DNA from: Octopus bimaculoides
Lineage: Eukaryota
Length of the DNA: 64,000 nt
Reading direction: 5' to 3'
Assembly (NCBI RefSeq): GCF_001194135.2
Contig: NC_068982.1
Coordinates: 128,012,837-128,076,836 of the forward strand
Part shown: in pieces, positions 1-13,180 of the stretch
Position numbering within the stretch: position 1 is the first letter of the stretch
Layout: the number at the start of each line of letters is the position of its first letter
Made by a program: the position numbers and the translations under genes
Notes under the pieces: generated by a model
What the model was told of the DNA's origin: nothing
The model's database searches: none
Seen by the model: only the letters and a program-made list of their open reading frames with translations

Positions 1-50
1 CATCCAACCTATGCCAGCATGGAAAATGGACGTTAAATAATGATGATGAT
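1..50 (+). mobile_element. RTE-type 3' tail, cut by window edge
   Basis: ccaacc-atgccagcatgga...gacgttaaa-(GAT)n terminus shared with 44140-44190 and 45375-45428. Confidence 0.7.
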
Positions 51-414
51 GTATAAAGTGGAGAGAAAGTGAAGTTCATATGAGTGTCATAGTTGGATAT
101 ATTTTTAAGAAGGAATGCAGCAGAATACATAAGGTTACCAAATTTATTGAGAGTTTGAGAGCAATAGGTAAGACAAGAGATAACAATTTCTGAGACTAAA
201 GTAGCGTAACAGTAGAGGAAAGGAAATGGAACTTTCTTAAAGATGCATAAAGAATCATGTAACTAGGGGGACTAGTTGTTATTTTTTAGTGGATATAACA
301 TTCAGAGTATTAGCAAATATGTTAAAGTGTATTAGAAAAAGTTAATTGCTTATTAGGACTCCATATTTTGTTATGCAACCATGGTATACTATGAAGTATA
401 TATTACTGTCTCAG

Positions 415-565
415 ATAACTTTTTAAAGTTATCTCTACAGATTTTCTGTAGATATTAGAAATTCTATAGAAATCAGAGCCAGCACTGAGTAAATGAAGCA
501 TCATGACTTTCAGTGCTGACTCTAATTTCTTTAGAAAATCTGTAGAACTAACTTTAAAAAGTTAT
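415..565. repeat. Fold-back inverted repeat (MITE-like)
   Basis: Left arm 415-487 and right arm 511-565 are reverse complements apart from an ~18-nt left-arm insertion and a few mismatches. Confidence 0.8.
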
Positions 566-1109
566 TAGATTAAGTATTCTAACCATGACCATCCCATCTT
601 TTATTAGACATACTGTATCTAAGACTGCATCTACCAATATGCTCTCTCTTTTATAAGACAGTATTGTATGATCTGAAGCAGATTTGACTGTTATTTCTAC
701 CAAGTAATGTATTCATAGAGGTTTCTTTACTGATAACAGTTGGAGCTTGTAATGCATGTAAAAAAAAAAAAAAATTCTATGTGTTTTCTACAATAACAAT
801 TAGAGTTGATAATTAGTGGAAAACATTCTTAGAATTTGTTTTTGATGTTGTTGACATAATTTCACAAAATGTTAGTCATGGTTTCTTAAAAGTGCTTTGA
901 GTTTGATTCCTTTGAGTTAAAAGGATTAAGTATTTATGGCATTTGAATCTTTCTCCATAGAATCTTTGTCTTGACCATCAAGTAGAAGTATAGCTTTTAT
1001 GATTAAATGTCAAGGCTTTAATCAAATCAAGATATGGTCTAAGTTTACATTACCGATATCAGTTTATTATTGGTATGTATTTTATATGTATTGGAACTGT
1101 AACAGTATA

Positions 1110-1400
1110 AAGGTATTTGGCTCACAATCTTAAGATTACGAGTTCGATTCCCAGTGGCTCATTGTGCTCTTGAGCAAGACACTTTATTTCTAATTGTTCC
1201 AGTCCACTCCGCTGGCAAAAATAAGTTGTACATGTAGTTCAAATGGCCAGCCTTGTCACATTCTGTGTCACACTGAATCTTCTAGAGAACTTACATTAAT
1301 GATGCGCATGTCTATGGAGTGCATGTTAATTTCACAAGCAGGCCATTCTGTTGATCAGATCAACTGGAACCCTTGCTGTTGAAACTGATGGAGTACAAAC
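1110..1400 (+). mobile_element. Degenerate tRNA-derived SINE (SINE-C type)
   Basis: B-box gagttcgattccc followed by ctcttgagcaagacact conserved core motif. Confidence 0.6.
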
Positions 1401-1552
1401 CAAAACTGAAACCAAACTGTTGGTGTATATTTCATATGTGAATTGAACTAGTTTACTGATAGTATAATTTCATATATCATTGATATATATTTTACATGCA
1501 GCAGAACAGCAGTATCAGTATAGTGCTGGTATATATATATATATATATATAT

Positions 1553-1698
1553 NNNNNNNNNNNNNNNNNNNNNNNNNNNNNNNNNNNNNNNNNNNNNNNN
1601 NNNNNNNNNNNNNNNNNNNNNNNNNNNNNNNNNNNNNNNNNNNNNNNNNNNNNNNNNNNNNNNNNNNNNNNNNNNNNNNNNNNNNNNNNNNNNNNNNN
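1553..1698. other. Assembly gap. Other N runs: 6321-6420, 9426-9435, 11557-11940, 17992-18266, 39195-39872, 57225-57385, 59253-59330
   Basis: N runs, several bordered by (TA)n. Confidence 0.99.
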
Positions 1699-2255
1699 AT
1701 ATATATAGATAGATAGATAGATAGATATATATAACATTAGAACTATGGTTGTCAACTGTTTTGGAACTCATTTCCATTTTTTATGCTGCTTTCCAAACTC
1801 TCACTCCCCTTTTGCAAAGAGAAAAACAAAAAAAAAAAGACAAAAATACAGCAGTGGTTTATTATCTTTTATTTGTTTCAATCATTGGACTGCAATCATA
1901 TGATGGGCTCTATCAGTTTCTGCCTACCAAATCCATCAAATCCACCCTGATGCTATAGTAGAAGACATTTACCTAAGGTGCCACATAGCGGGACTGAACC
2001 TGGAACCATGTGGTTGGAAGCAAACTTCCCTTATTTTCTTATATTATTCCATTCAGCATGTGCATCTTTTTAGATATTTGCATAAGTTTATATTCATGTA
2101 CGCTATGTTGAATTTTAATGGGAATTATAAAAGAAAGTGGATTAATGATATCTGAAAAAAATATATTGAACTTTGGCTCATCATCCGTTATATATCTGCT
2201 AACTGATAGCATAATGTCCCATTCATATTTTATTTGCAACAAAAATTTTCTTTCA

Positions 2256-2740
2256 TCATCATCATCATCATCATCGTTTAACGTCCGCTTTCCATGCTAG
2301 CATGGGTTGGACGATTTGACTGAGGACTGGTGAAACCGGATGGCAACACCAGGCTCCAGTCCGATTTGGCAGAGTTTCTACAGCTGGATGCCCTTCCTAA
2401 CGCCAACCACTCAGAGAGTGTAGTGGGTGCTTTTACGTGTCACCCGCACGAAAACGGCCACGCTCGAAATGGTGTCTTTTATGTGCCACCCGCACAAGCC
2501 AGTCCAGGGGCACTGGCAACGATCTCGCTCGAAAATCCTACAGGAGCCAGTCAGGCGGTACTGGCAACGGCCACGCTCAAAATGGTGCATCTCATGTGCC
2601 ACCCGCACAAGAACCAGTCCAGGGGCACTGGCAACGATCTTACTTGGCTTGCCGGGTCTTCTCACGCACAGCCCATTTCCAAAGGTCTCGGTCCGTAGTC
2701 ATCGCCTCGGTGAGGCCCAATGTACGAAGGTCTTGCCTCA
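2256..2740 (-). mobile_element. RTE LINE 3' end (ORF end + repeat-containing 3' UTR + (GAT)n tail)
   Basis: (CAT)n at left; 2635-2740 matches the RTE ORF end at 17689-17790. Confidence 0.8.
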
Positions 2741-2785
2741 TAAAATATGTGAATTCTACCTGATTTTAATGTCTTACTTCTGAAT

Positions 2786-3270
2786 AAGGCAGCAAGCTAG
2801 CAGAAGCATTAGCATGCCATTGAAGGCGGCGAGCTGGCAGAAACTTTAGCACGCCAGGCAAAATGCTTAGCCCTATTTCGTCTGCCGTTACGTTCTGAGT
2901 TCAAATTCCACTGAGGTCGACTTTGCCTTTCATCCTTTCGGGGTCGATAAATTAAGTAACAGCTACGCACTGGGGTCAGTGTAATCGACTTAATCCCTTT
3001 GTCTGTCCTTGTTTGTTCCCTCTATGTTTAGCCCTTTGTGTGCAATAAAGAAATAAGAATCATTTGCATGCCAGGCAAAATGCTTAGTGACATTTTATCT
3101 GTCCTTGTGTTCTGAGTTCAAATTCTGCTGGGGTCAATTTTGTCTTTCATCCTTCTGAAGTCAGTAAAATAAGTACCATTTGAGCACTAGAATTGATATG
3201 ATGGACTTAGCCTTTCCCCCGAAATTGCTGACCTTGTGCCAAAATTTGAAACTAATGTCTTATTTCTGAA
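2786..3270 (+). mobile_element. SINE-B with a younger SINE-B (about 2820-3055) nested in its head
   Basis: Two aaggc(g/a)gc(g/a)agct heads; imperfect TSD agaagcattagcatgcca (2802-2819) / agaatcatttgcatgcca (3056-3073). Confidence 0.8.
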
Positions 3271-4211
3271 TAAAATCATGACCCCCTCCATAGCACTTCC
3301 TTTGGCATTTGCCATCATCTGATGAGCACACAACACACCTGAGTGAGCTCTAACACCCAGTTTTCAAAATGCCACTACATTAGAAGGATGAATTATTATA
3401 TAATCTGAAACATTTAAGCTAAGAACAGCAAATTTTATCTCTTATTTTACATTCCAGACAGTGTCATCATTTCTTAATAGTATTAATGAAAAATGAACAT
3501 TCTTCATGGCTTTGCATGATTTTTCGGTGCCTCTAAAGTGTGATACGCCAGATCAATTTAAGTCTGGAGAGAGAGAGAATGTGGTGGATTATTTTAAATG
3601 ATAATTGATGTGATGGTAATGGAATATGCTGATTTCAGATATGATCAGCTGAGATTTAGAGAAATCGGATTGAGAACAAAGAAATAGCTAAGGATAAGAA
3701 TGGTATGAATGTAAAAATAATATTTGCAGTAACAGCTTAGCAGTGTCTCTTTAAAGAAGTTTATCTTGCTAATGAAATATTTCATTTTGTATCCCATTTT
3801 TTATTATTTTGCTTTGCTTTTTATTCTGTTGGTGCTTTTTTTAAAAAAAAAAAACATAGTGCATGGAAAAACAGCTGTTAATAAAATAATATACACATAT
3901 AGGTGTTCAATTAATTGAACAGCAATCTGACCACACTAAGCTATAACCATTTAGAAACTGTATGAATCTAAAATGTCTAACTCCATAACCAACTCCACCT
4001 AGGAACAGAAATTACTCAAGAACCTTTTATAATTCCAGTGAAGTTTATCAAACAAAAATAGAAATCAAAAAATCAAAACAACAAACAATTAGACTGTAAC
4101 AACAATCAGAGGCATAATGACCAAATGAAATCCAATTTAAGGCTATTATGAAATTTCTCTCATGGGGTAAATCAATGTGATTTCAATATTTAACATATAA
4201 TCATCATTATG

Positions 4212-4425
4212 GCAGTGAGGTGGCAGAATTGTTAGCATGCCGGTCAAAATCCATAGTGGCATGTTGTCTGTCTTTATGTTCTGGGTTCAAATTCCTCTGA
4301 GGTCAACTTTGCTTTTCGTCCTTTTGAGATCAATAAAATAAAGTATCAGTCGATCAGTGGGGTTAATGTAATTGACTTACCCCCTCCTCCAAACTTGTTA
4401 GCCTAGTGCCAAAATTTGAAACTAA
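4212..4425 (+). mobile_element. SINE-B copy
   Basis: ggcagaattgttagcatgcc head, gggttcaaattcc B-box, gtgccaaaatttgaaac end. Confidence 0.8.
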
Positions 4426-5306
4426 TATATAATCATTGTCATCGTTTGTGCTAGAGTGAAAAGAGTGTGAGATGAAGAAAGATGGGGATTGGGGTGGATG
4501 CAGTGAATATCAGAGGGCGGAGAAGCGAAGGAAAGGAAATAGGTGTGGGTTTCAGTGTTGAAGCAAGAGGTGCATTTGACTAACAGGGTACTTGGGGAAA
4601 AATACCAGTGATACTAACTACCAACCATTCAATAAAACAAACAATGCGATATTAACTAGTTAATTTATGATATTTAGCACTATGTAAATCCATTGTAACA
4701 ACAATGTGCTGCACATTTATCACATTATAAAATATAATAATTAATGAATATGAATAGAGATATTGGACAGTATTTATAATCATTTTCATTTATTATCTAT
4801 ATCTGTCTGTGTCCATTCAGCCATGTGTCCATCCATCCATCTATTTATCTATCAGTTTATCTATCTGTCTATCTAATATAATATAATATACATTGTGTAT
4901 ATTATGCTTGAAAACTCAAACTCATTTATAACTTATATAATATATTATATAATACATCATAGAATATATGAACCACATTTGTACAAACTGAATTTGTGGT
5001 GTTCAAATGAAAGAGATACATTACTGACATGATGTACGTAGTGTTGTGTTCTTGTACATAACAGTTTATTTCATGTGTCTCAGTTTATGTAGTTGTCAAG
5101 AAAAGGCGCAGGTCAATTTAGAATGTTAAATGTAATAGACTGCCTTGGGAAATTTTATCTCTCATCATCTTCACATCATGAAATGAGAGCTCAGCACTAT
5201 CTCCAAGCTCTATCCCACTGTGGTTTGGAAATATATATTCTGTATCTGAGTGCAAAAATATAGTTCTTTCATCAGTAACTATACTATCATATAAAATTTA
5301 TAGTTG

Positions 5307-5675
5307 GTTGTATCTCAGACAGGTCATTGTACCCAATAACAAATGCATACTTTGGTTCTTTTTCACTTCTTTATTAATTAATTGGTCAACTGTTCGACCT
5401 ATTAACTAATCGATTGTTTGATTAATTGTTTGGTCAATCAAGCAATCAGCTTCATGTATGAACCAAATGTGGAGTAGAGAGAGTGTGTCATTGATGAGGT
5501 TGCTAATGACAACGAAAGGAATTTAACATACCTAGATGATTGATCAACTGAATGATTAATTTAACAATTGACTAGTTAATTGGCTAAATGGTTAACTAAT
5601 TGATAAAAGTAAAGAAGTGAAATAGAACCAATGTGTGTGTTTATTATTAGCATAATGACCCTCCCAAGATACAAC
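5307..5675. repeat. Degenerate fold-back/MITE ending 136 nt upstream of the ANKIB1 exon
   Basis: Ends gttgtatct / agatacaac; 5352-5373 vs 5610-5631 are 21/22 reverse-complementary; a related fragment lies at about 7615-7670. Confidence 0.75.
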
Positions 5676-5810
5676 AAAATATGATTCGACAAACAAGTTT
5701 ACATCAGGAGTCTTACAAACCAAATGGAAAAACTAAAAATTTATAGTTATTTTGTTTATTTCAGATATTGTTGATATTTAACATTGAAATAAATGTAATT
5801 TCTTTTCTAG

Positions 5811-6018
5811 GATATTTCTTCATAATCATCACGGGAACCCCAATAAGACGAATTCTCGAAAAGAAACAGCTCTTCATTATGTGTGTCAAGAAAGAAACAG
5901 TCAGTACTATACAGTACGCCAAAGACGATGTGATTGTTTGAACCTTATCCTTCAGTGGAGGGGTGCTACTCTCAAGGATGGTCAAACAGAAAAAGTGGAT
6001 CTAGCAGCCCAAGATGAA
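5811..6018 (+). CDS. ANKIB1: ANKIB1 internal coding exon (ankyrin region), 208 nt
   Basis: ttttctag|G acceptor, GAA|gtatgt donor. Translates (R)IFLHNHHGNPNKTNSRKETALHYVCQERNSQYYTVRQRRCDCLNLILQWRGATLKDGQTEKVDLAAQDE, matching recalled human ANKIB1 GNPNKRN..NETSMHLLC...RRADCLQMILKWKGAKL. Confidence 0.92.
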
Positions 6019-6107
6019 GTATGTCTTACTTTTCATTTTTTTTTTTTTTTTAATATTTGTATTGGATTTTTATTTTTCAGTGATTTACTCTTTACTCCCT
6101 CTCTTTT

Positions 6108-6683
6108 TTACTCTTTTACTTGTTTCAGTCATTTGACTGTGGCCATGCTGGAGCACTGCCCTTAGTCGAGCAAATCGACCCCAGGACTTATTCTTTGTAA
6201 GCCTAGTACTTATTCTATCGGTCTCTTTTGCCGAACTGCTAAGTTACCGGAACGTAAACACACCACCATCAGTTGTCAAGCAATGTTGGGGGGACAAACA
6301 CAGACACACAAACATATACANNNNNNNNNNNNNNNNNNNNNNNNNNNNNNNNNNNNNNNNNNNNNNNNNNNNNNNNNNNNNNNNNNNNNNNNNNNNNNNN
6401 NNNNNNNNNNNNNNNNNNNNNATATATAAGCAATGTTAATTCTCTAAATGAAGTATTAACAGTAACTGCACGATAAAGTGAAGTGTATTGCCACTTAAGT
6501 GTGGCTGACCCCCAGGGGTGGATACGACAGGCTTCTTTCAGGTCCCATCTACCAAATCCACTCACAAGGCTTTGGTCGGCTTGAGGCTATTGTAGAAGGC
6601 ACTTGCCCAAGGTTCCACGCAGTGGGACTGAACCCGGAACCATGTGGTTCGTAAGCAAGCTACTTACCACACAGCCACTCCTA
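6108..6683 (-). mobile_element. SINE-A (tRNA head, cttgggcaagt core, central microsatellite, gtaaaagag tail)
   Basis: Reverse complement of the copy at 31800-32225. Confidence 0.85.
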
Positions 6684-6907
6684 CAATTTGTGGAATTTTA
6701 ATTCTGAAGAAGAAAAGCAACTTTAATTATCTGAACTGAAATAACCTTGGACCTTTAGGTTAATAGCTTAAATTTCAAATTCAACAAGATATTTAAAATT
6801 AGAATTATATTAATTTGAAACACGAAAATGCTTTATTGTATTTCAGGAGGATCTTGCCAATGATAAACACATGCACTGGTTTTATTTCACTTCTTTTTTT
6901 TTTAAGG

Positions 6908-7085
6908 AGGCAAGCTGGCAGAATTATTAGCATGCTTGTCCATCTTAATTCTGCTGAGTTTTGACTTGGCTTTTCATCCTTTCAGAGTTGATAAAATAAG
7001 TACCAACTGAGTACTGGGGCTGATGTACTGGATCGTTCCCCAAATTTCAGACCTGATACCTATAGTAGAAGAAATTATTATAAGT
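6908..7085 (+). mobile_element. SINE-B copy, degenerate
   Basis: aaggaggcaagctggcagaa head and cttttcatcctttc body. Confidence 0.7.
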
Positions 7086-7094
7086 CAATTATCT

Positions 7095-7343
7095 TTTATT
7101 TTTTGTCTTTTGCTTGTTTCAGTCATTAGACTGCAACCATGCTGGGGCACTATCTTGAAGAATTTTTTGCTGAATGCATTGACCATAGTATTAATTTATT
7201 TGGTTTTTTTTTTGGTTTTTGTTTTTCAATTCTATTGGTCTTTTGCTGAATTGCTTTGATACAAAGACATAATCACACCAACAACAGTTGTCAAATGGCA
7301 GTGGGTCACACACACACTCCTCTCTCTCTTTTTTTTATCCGAA

Positions 7344-7407
<64 letters not shown>

Positions 7408-7421
7408 GTTGATATATGATA

Positions 7422-7454
<33 letters not shown>

Positions 7455-7610
7455 GCGATAGGCTTCTTTCAGTTTCCATCTACCAAATCTACTCACAAGG
7501 TTTGGGTTAACCTGAGGCTATAGTAGAAAACACTTACCCAAAGTGCCATGCAGTAAGACTAAACAGGGAACCATGTAGTTCTGAATCAAGCTTCTTACCA
7601 CACAGTTAAC
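7095..7610 (-). mobile_element. SINE-A with expanded internal (TA)n (about 7345-7455)
   Basis: cttgtttcagtcatt tail, ccatctaccaaatctactcacaagg body. Confidence 0.8.
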
Positions 7611-8038
7611 CATTTCATCAATTCACTAATCAATTGTTTGATTATTTGTTCATTCAGTCAATAAATCACTTAGGTTTGCCAGAATCATTTTTGTTGCCAT
7701 TCGCAACCTTATCAATGACATATCCTCTCTACTGAAGGTCAGCTTCAGATCTGTCTGTTTTTGTTAATGTAATATTGAATTTATCGTTTAAGAAATTCAA
7801 TATATTTGAATTTAGTATTAATAATTTATAAACTATTTCTGTTTAATAGTTACTTAATGATATGCAACTTCTTCCATGATCTAACATCAAGTTGAGCTGC
7901 AGGCATGGAGGAAAAGTTTAAAATGATAACCCAAGAACTTCTAATCATATTACATTTTTTTTTAAGCATATGCATTTTTTCTCATGTCATAAATTTTGTT
8001 CTGAACAAAATGTTTCAGTTATATGATTTTCTTATACT

Positions 8039-8248
8039 TTAACTCTTTCACATCTGAACCAGCCCAAATATTCTATCTGCTTTAGTTTCAAACCTGCTAG
8101 ATCTGGCCTCATACATGCCCTACAATGCCTGTCTAAAAGTAAACAATTACATCATTGATATCTCAAATCTATGAGATAATGCATGAATGATTCCAAACAA
8201 TAGGTTAGCATTACATTTGAAAGAATAATCTGAATGCTAAAGGGTTAA
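8039..8248. mobile_element. TTAA-flanked piggyBac-like MITE
   Basis: ttaa-ctcttt...aatgctaaaggg-ttaa; same family as 42466-42694. Confidence 0.6.
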
Positions 8249-9490
8249 TTTAAGTCACATTCTTGAAAAGAAGCAGTGCTACCTCATTCTGTGTGACCTT
8301 CTTGGATTGGTTGGCTAAGTGATCTTTATGCTTGAACAAGTAATGTTGTTTTTAAAATGTCACTCTTCATTTGCCATGTTGTTAGACATCAGTGAACATG
8401 GAAGTCCGTGCCAAAATCTGAATATTCTTCATTTTTCTTGGAAAGATACAGCAGAATTTTTCATTGCCTTCTGCTGTTGTATTTCCATTTTATTTTGCTA
8501 GTGTTTTGCTCTTGCAAGCTTACCCTTAAAATACAGGATCTGTTTAACCCTTGCATAGGCAGGGCTGGTTCACATGACATCAGGGCGCATCTACACTCTG
8601 TTGGACATGTGATGCATGCTTGGAGACCAGCCCTCCTGTCCTCCTCTATGTCATGTTTGCCTTAGCTACAAGGTCATCTGCTATTTGATCCATAACTAGG
8701 ACTCTTGCCAGGTACTACCAATCCCAGGTCAAAGCAGACTTTGTTGTAATAGTGGCTAAGGAGTAATTCCATACTCCTCCAAAACCCCTGAATTCCTTAG
8801 CTGGAACCTCACCACTGGGTGCAGCTTAATGTCTCACCCAGGATCTAAAGATATGGAGATAAGTAATAAATGTAAGTACATTGGCGAAGAAATTGTTCCA
8901 GAATGTTTTTTATTCTGTAAAGGAAGGATAATATTTTTATTTCATGTGTGAGATTAGAGATATGACTTGCATAGAAGTGGAGTTAACATGCACATAAAAG
9001 GCATGCAACAATGTATTTTCATTGTGATCGGTAAACCATCTGGCTTGTTTGGAGAAGATAAAGTTATTGAAACAGAAAAACTGTTTTTAAGCTAATTTAA
9101 AAGTTTAGCCTGAAGATAAAGATTACTGACAAAGTAATGATTTGCAAATCATGCAGTATCCTTTATTTTCACTTTGTTTTTCTGTTACATTATTCCACAA
9201 TTATATGAAATTTACCTTCAGGGGACTCAGCCATTATTTTTATTATTGGAAAGAAACCTAAGTTTTTTGGCAGTTTTATTAGCTTTCAGGTATCTGAAAA
9301 AAAAAATAAAAATAAATAATTCTTAAACAGCATTTGCTGCATGGGCATTCCTTTAGCTTGGAATTTTCTATTCATTAGAATTGGGAATATGTGTGTGTTT
9401 TCTTGCTATGGACAAGCAATAAATANNNNNNNNNNTATATTGTTAATTCTTGAACAAGATACATGTTTATTATTATTATTATTATTATTA

Positions 9491-9699
9491 TGGAAACAAG
9501 CTAGCAGAATGATTAGTATGGTAGGCTAAATGCTTAGCGGTATTTTGTACATCTTTGCATTCTGAGTTCAAATTCTGCTGAGATCAACTTTGCCTTTCAC
9601 ACTTTCAGAGTCAATAAAATAAGTACCAATTCAATATTGGGATTGATGTAAAATTGCCCCTACTGCCAAACTTTCTGGCCTTGTGCTAAAATTTGAAAC

Positions 9700-9733
<34 letters not shown>
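9491..9733 (+). mobile_element. SINE-B with (ATT)n tail
   Basis: ttctgagttcaaattc B-box; family body. Confidence 0.75.
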
Positions 9734-10030
9734 GTGGAGGATACCTGTGGAAGGGGTAGACCCAGGAAGATGTGGGACAATGTGTTGAGAAAGTTTCTTC
9801 ACTAAGGAAATGACAAGAGTTGTGGTGATTTGCTGTTCTTGATAAGATGCATCAAGCTAGATAAAATCCACACATACAGGTTTGGCCTTTCAGGTGCCAG
9901 TGCCACATAAAAACACCCGTACTGGTACTGCATAAACGCACTTGTGCCAGTGGAACGTAAAAAGCACCTACCACATTCTGTTAAGTGGTTGGAGTCAGGA
10001 AGGTCATCAAGCTGTAGAAACTGTGCTACA
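9734..10030 (+). mobile_element. RTE LINE 3' end, degenerate
   Basis: gtggaggatacctgtggaaggggtagacccaggaag encodes VEDTCGRGRPRK, as in the 17689-17991 ORF. Confidence 0.7.
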
Positions 10031-10884
10031 ACGGACAATTATTTCTCTCTGCTTCCAACCTCACCCAATCTCCTAGATTCTTTTCCTTTGTCACTTCAAT
10101 CTCTTTTCTTTCTTTGACCACTCCCATTCCACTCATGCACAGCTACAAGTTTTTTGCTGTTTCCTAGCATTCATCAGTGTCCATGCTTTCACAGACTAAG
10201 ATAAAGAAAAACTTCTCATACTCCATGAAGAAGGACTTTGTCCAAAATCTCAAACTCACCTCTCAATAACACATGAACATAAGAATCTCCATGCTTTACC
10301 AATATATTGATAATGTATTTCAGTTGAGCTGTCAGGATCTTTGACAGGTGTATTGGTTTCTAGTTAGAAATATAAAAGACATCATTTTTTGGATGTTAGA
10401 ATTTTAAACATTTATTTATTTTTGTTACCATTTTTGTATATTTTCATTTCATTAACAGTATTTCTGTTCTTAAGATATTCTGAGGTTATAGGATCAACTG
10501 AGAAATAATAATTTTTTGAAATTGAAACTTTTATACCTTGTACAAAGAATAGAAATTTTGTCCTAAACAGAAAACTCCTAAAATACTTATGGTCAGACAT
10601 GGCTGTGTAGTTAAAATGCTTGCTTTGCAACCATGTAGTTTCAGTTACAGTCTCACTACAGGAAAGCTTGGGCAAATGTTTTTCTCTATAGCTTATGAGT
10701 GAATTTGGCAGACAGAAACTGAATGGAAGCCTGTTGTGTATATATATTATTGTGGAAGGATTCCGACCATCACCCCCAAGTGACTAAAAGTGGACTGACA
10801 CATTGCTGTAAAATAAAGAACTGTGAGCAACGGGGTAAGCAGTTCACTGTGAGCCATTGATTGAGATCGTTAAGTCTCATGTAA

Positions 10885-11500
10885 TATTGGGTTGGCAAGA
10901 AAGTAATTTTGGTTTTTTAGTGTGAAATAAAAGTCATTTTTTTTTTCATATAATGAATGAACTTTAATCAATTGTATATTTTCCATATTGTTTGATGACC
11001 TTTCGTCATCTTTCTGGCAACTTCATGATTCCGTGCTCATAGAACTTCTGGTCCTTATCAGCCGAAAACTGAAGCAAGTGCGATTTCAGGTCATCATCAT
11101 TATTGAGAGTTTTACCATTCAAAGAATTTTGAAAACTTTGAAATAAATGGAAATCTAATGGTGCAAGGTCAGGGATATATGGTGGATGTAACATCACTTC
11201 CCAACCAAGCTCCAATAATTTTTCACGAATTAGCAAAGACATGTGGTCTGGCATTGTCATGGTGGAACATGATTCCTTTATGATTTGCCAATTCTGGCTG
11301 TTTTTCTTTGATTACTGCCTCCAGTTTCATTAGTTGTTGACAGTAAACATCTGAATTGATCATTTGGTCCCTTGGAAGCAGCTCAAAATACACAACACCT
11401 TTGTAATCTCACCAAATTGACTGCAGAAACATTTTTGATGCAATTCAATTTGGACAATGATTGTTTTGATAAGTGCCAACACATAAGAGGTGCAACAATA
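10885..11500 (-). mobile_element. Mariner transposon fragment (3' TIR + catalytic-domain pseudogene)
   Basis: TA + ttgggttggcaagaaagtaattt TIR; ORF 11006-11260 has HPPYIPDLAPLDFHLF (mariner YSPDLAPSD motif). Confidence 0.9.
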
Positions 11501-11516
11501 TTAATATATATATATA

Positions 11517-11556
<40 letters not shown>

Positions 11557-12266
11557 NNNNNNNNNNNNNNNNNNNNNNNNNNNNNNNNNNNNNNNNNNNN
11601 NNNNNNNNNNNNNNNNNNNNNNNNNNNNNNNNNNNNNNNNNNNNNNNNNNNNNNNNNNNNNNNNNNNNNNNNNNNNNNNNNNNNNNNNNNNNNNNNNNNN
11701 NNNNNNNNNNNNNNNNNNNNNNNNNNNNNNNNNNNNNNNNNNNNNNNNNNNNNNNNNNNNNNNNNNNNNNNNNNNNNNNNNNNNNNNNNNNNNNNNNNNN
11801 NNNNNNNNNNNNNNNNNNNNNNNNNNNNNNNNNNNNNNNNNNNNNNNNNNNNNNNNNNNNNNNNNNNNNNNNNNNNNNNNNNNNNNNNNNNNNNNNNNNN
11901 NNNNNNNNNNNNNNNNNNNNNNNNNNNNNNNNNNNNNNNNATTTTTTCATTCATATTTTTATTCTTATGTTTGTAGAAATAAATATTCTTGTATTTTTCT
12001 ATTATTCAATTGATTTTTAATGATAATTAAATAAACGCTTTTAGCTTTAAATAGTATAGCTTTAACTATTACACCGGTTAAATATGTACTAATTTTATCT
12101 TCATTATTATTTTAAACTTAAACTTCGTTCAAATTATATTTAAAATAAAGATAATTTAAAACAATGATAATTTATGTAATCCTCCCTTCATCCATTATCA
12201 TTTTAATTTTTTATTAATTGATTTTAATTGAGTTTTTACCTGTAATTTTGGATTTTGTCCCTAATT

Positions 12267-12309
<43 letters not shown>

Positions 12310-12312
<3 letters not shown>

Positions 12313-12530
12313 TATGTGTGTGTATATATGTTTGCTTGTCTGCTCTCACCACTGCTTGAGATAGCTGGTATTTGTTTACACCCCGATGACACCAGTTTGA
12401 CAAAAGAGACTGATAGAATAAATATCAGGCTTAACAAATAAATAACTACTGGGGCCAATTTGTTTGACTAAATTCCTTAAGGCAGTGCCCCAGCATGACC
12501 ACAGTCCAATGACTGAAACAAATGAAAGGT
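12310..12530 (+). mobile_element. SINE-A 3' half
   Basis: caaaagagactgatagaataa...ccagcatgaccacagtccaatgactgaaacaa. Confidence 0.7.
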
Positions 12531-12869
12531 AAGCCATATCTTCCAAATTGGGCACAATAATGCAAATGAAGTTGGCTTCTGAAAATGTTTGCACTACATG
12601 GTACATATTTTGGATTTTAGTCTCTGTGGAGCATCAATCCCTGTGGCTTTCAGTCCTTGTGGCCACCAATATATCCTCTCAAATCTGACTCTCCTGTGCA
12701 ATCTTTTGTAACAGCTTTCAATTCTATGGTTTTCTGGCTTCCCTAGAAGGGTTTTGTCCAGAGAATGTCATCAATCTCTGCTTTAAAGTACCTCCACGCC
12801 ATTTCTTGAGACAAGTAAGTTTTATCTTTTACATGTTTCAATAACGGGGTACTTCTTTCAAGAATCTTA

Positions 12870-13180
12870 ATCGAATAAATCAACCCTGGTGCTTATGTTT
12901 GTTTCTTTTTAAAACCTGGTAGTTATTCTATCTGCCACTTTTGCTGAACTGCAAAGTTATGGGGATGTAAACACACCAACATCAGCTGTCAAACAGTAAA
13001 GGGGAACAAACACTGACACAAAGACACACACACATAGATACGTATACATATATATACAACAGGCTTCTTTCAATTTCCATCTACCAGCTCCACTCACAAG
13101 GCTTTGATCAGTCCAAGGCTATAGTAGAAGACACTTGCCCATGGTGCTGTGCAAAGGAACTGAACATCAAACCATGAGCT
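12870..13180 (-). mobile_element. SINE-A, degenerate
   Basis: ccatctaccagctccactcacaaggctttg...gtagaagacacttgccc. Confidence 0.7.

Noticed and set aside
2330-2783. Overlapping 108-122-aa ORFs
   Set aside because: GC-richer RTE 3' UTR repeats; no protein motif.
3319-3352. CTGATGAG hammerhead-like start
   Set aside because: No GAAA box or helices follow.
1-5810. ANKIB1 first coding exon (MG...NTPLHYAA)
   Set aside because: No matching frame found; presumably upstream of the window.
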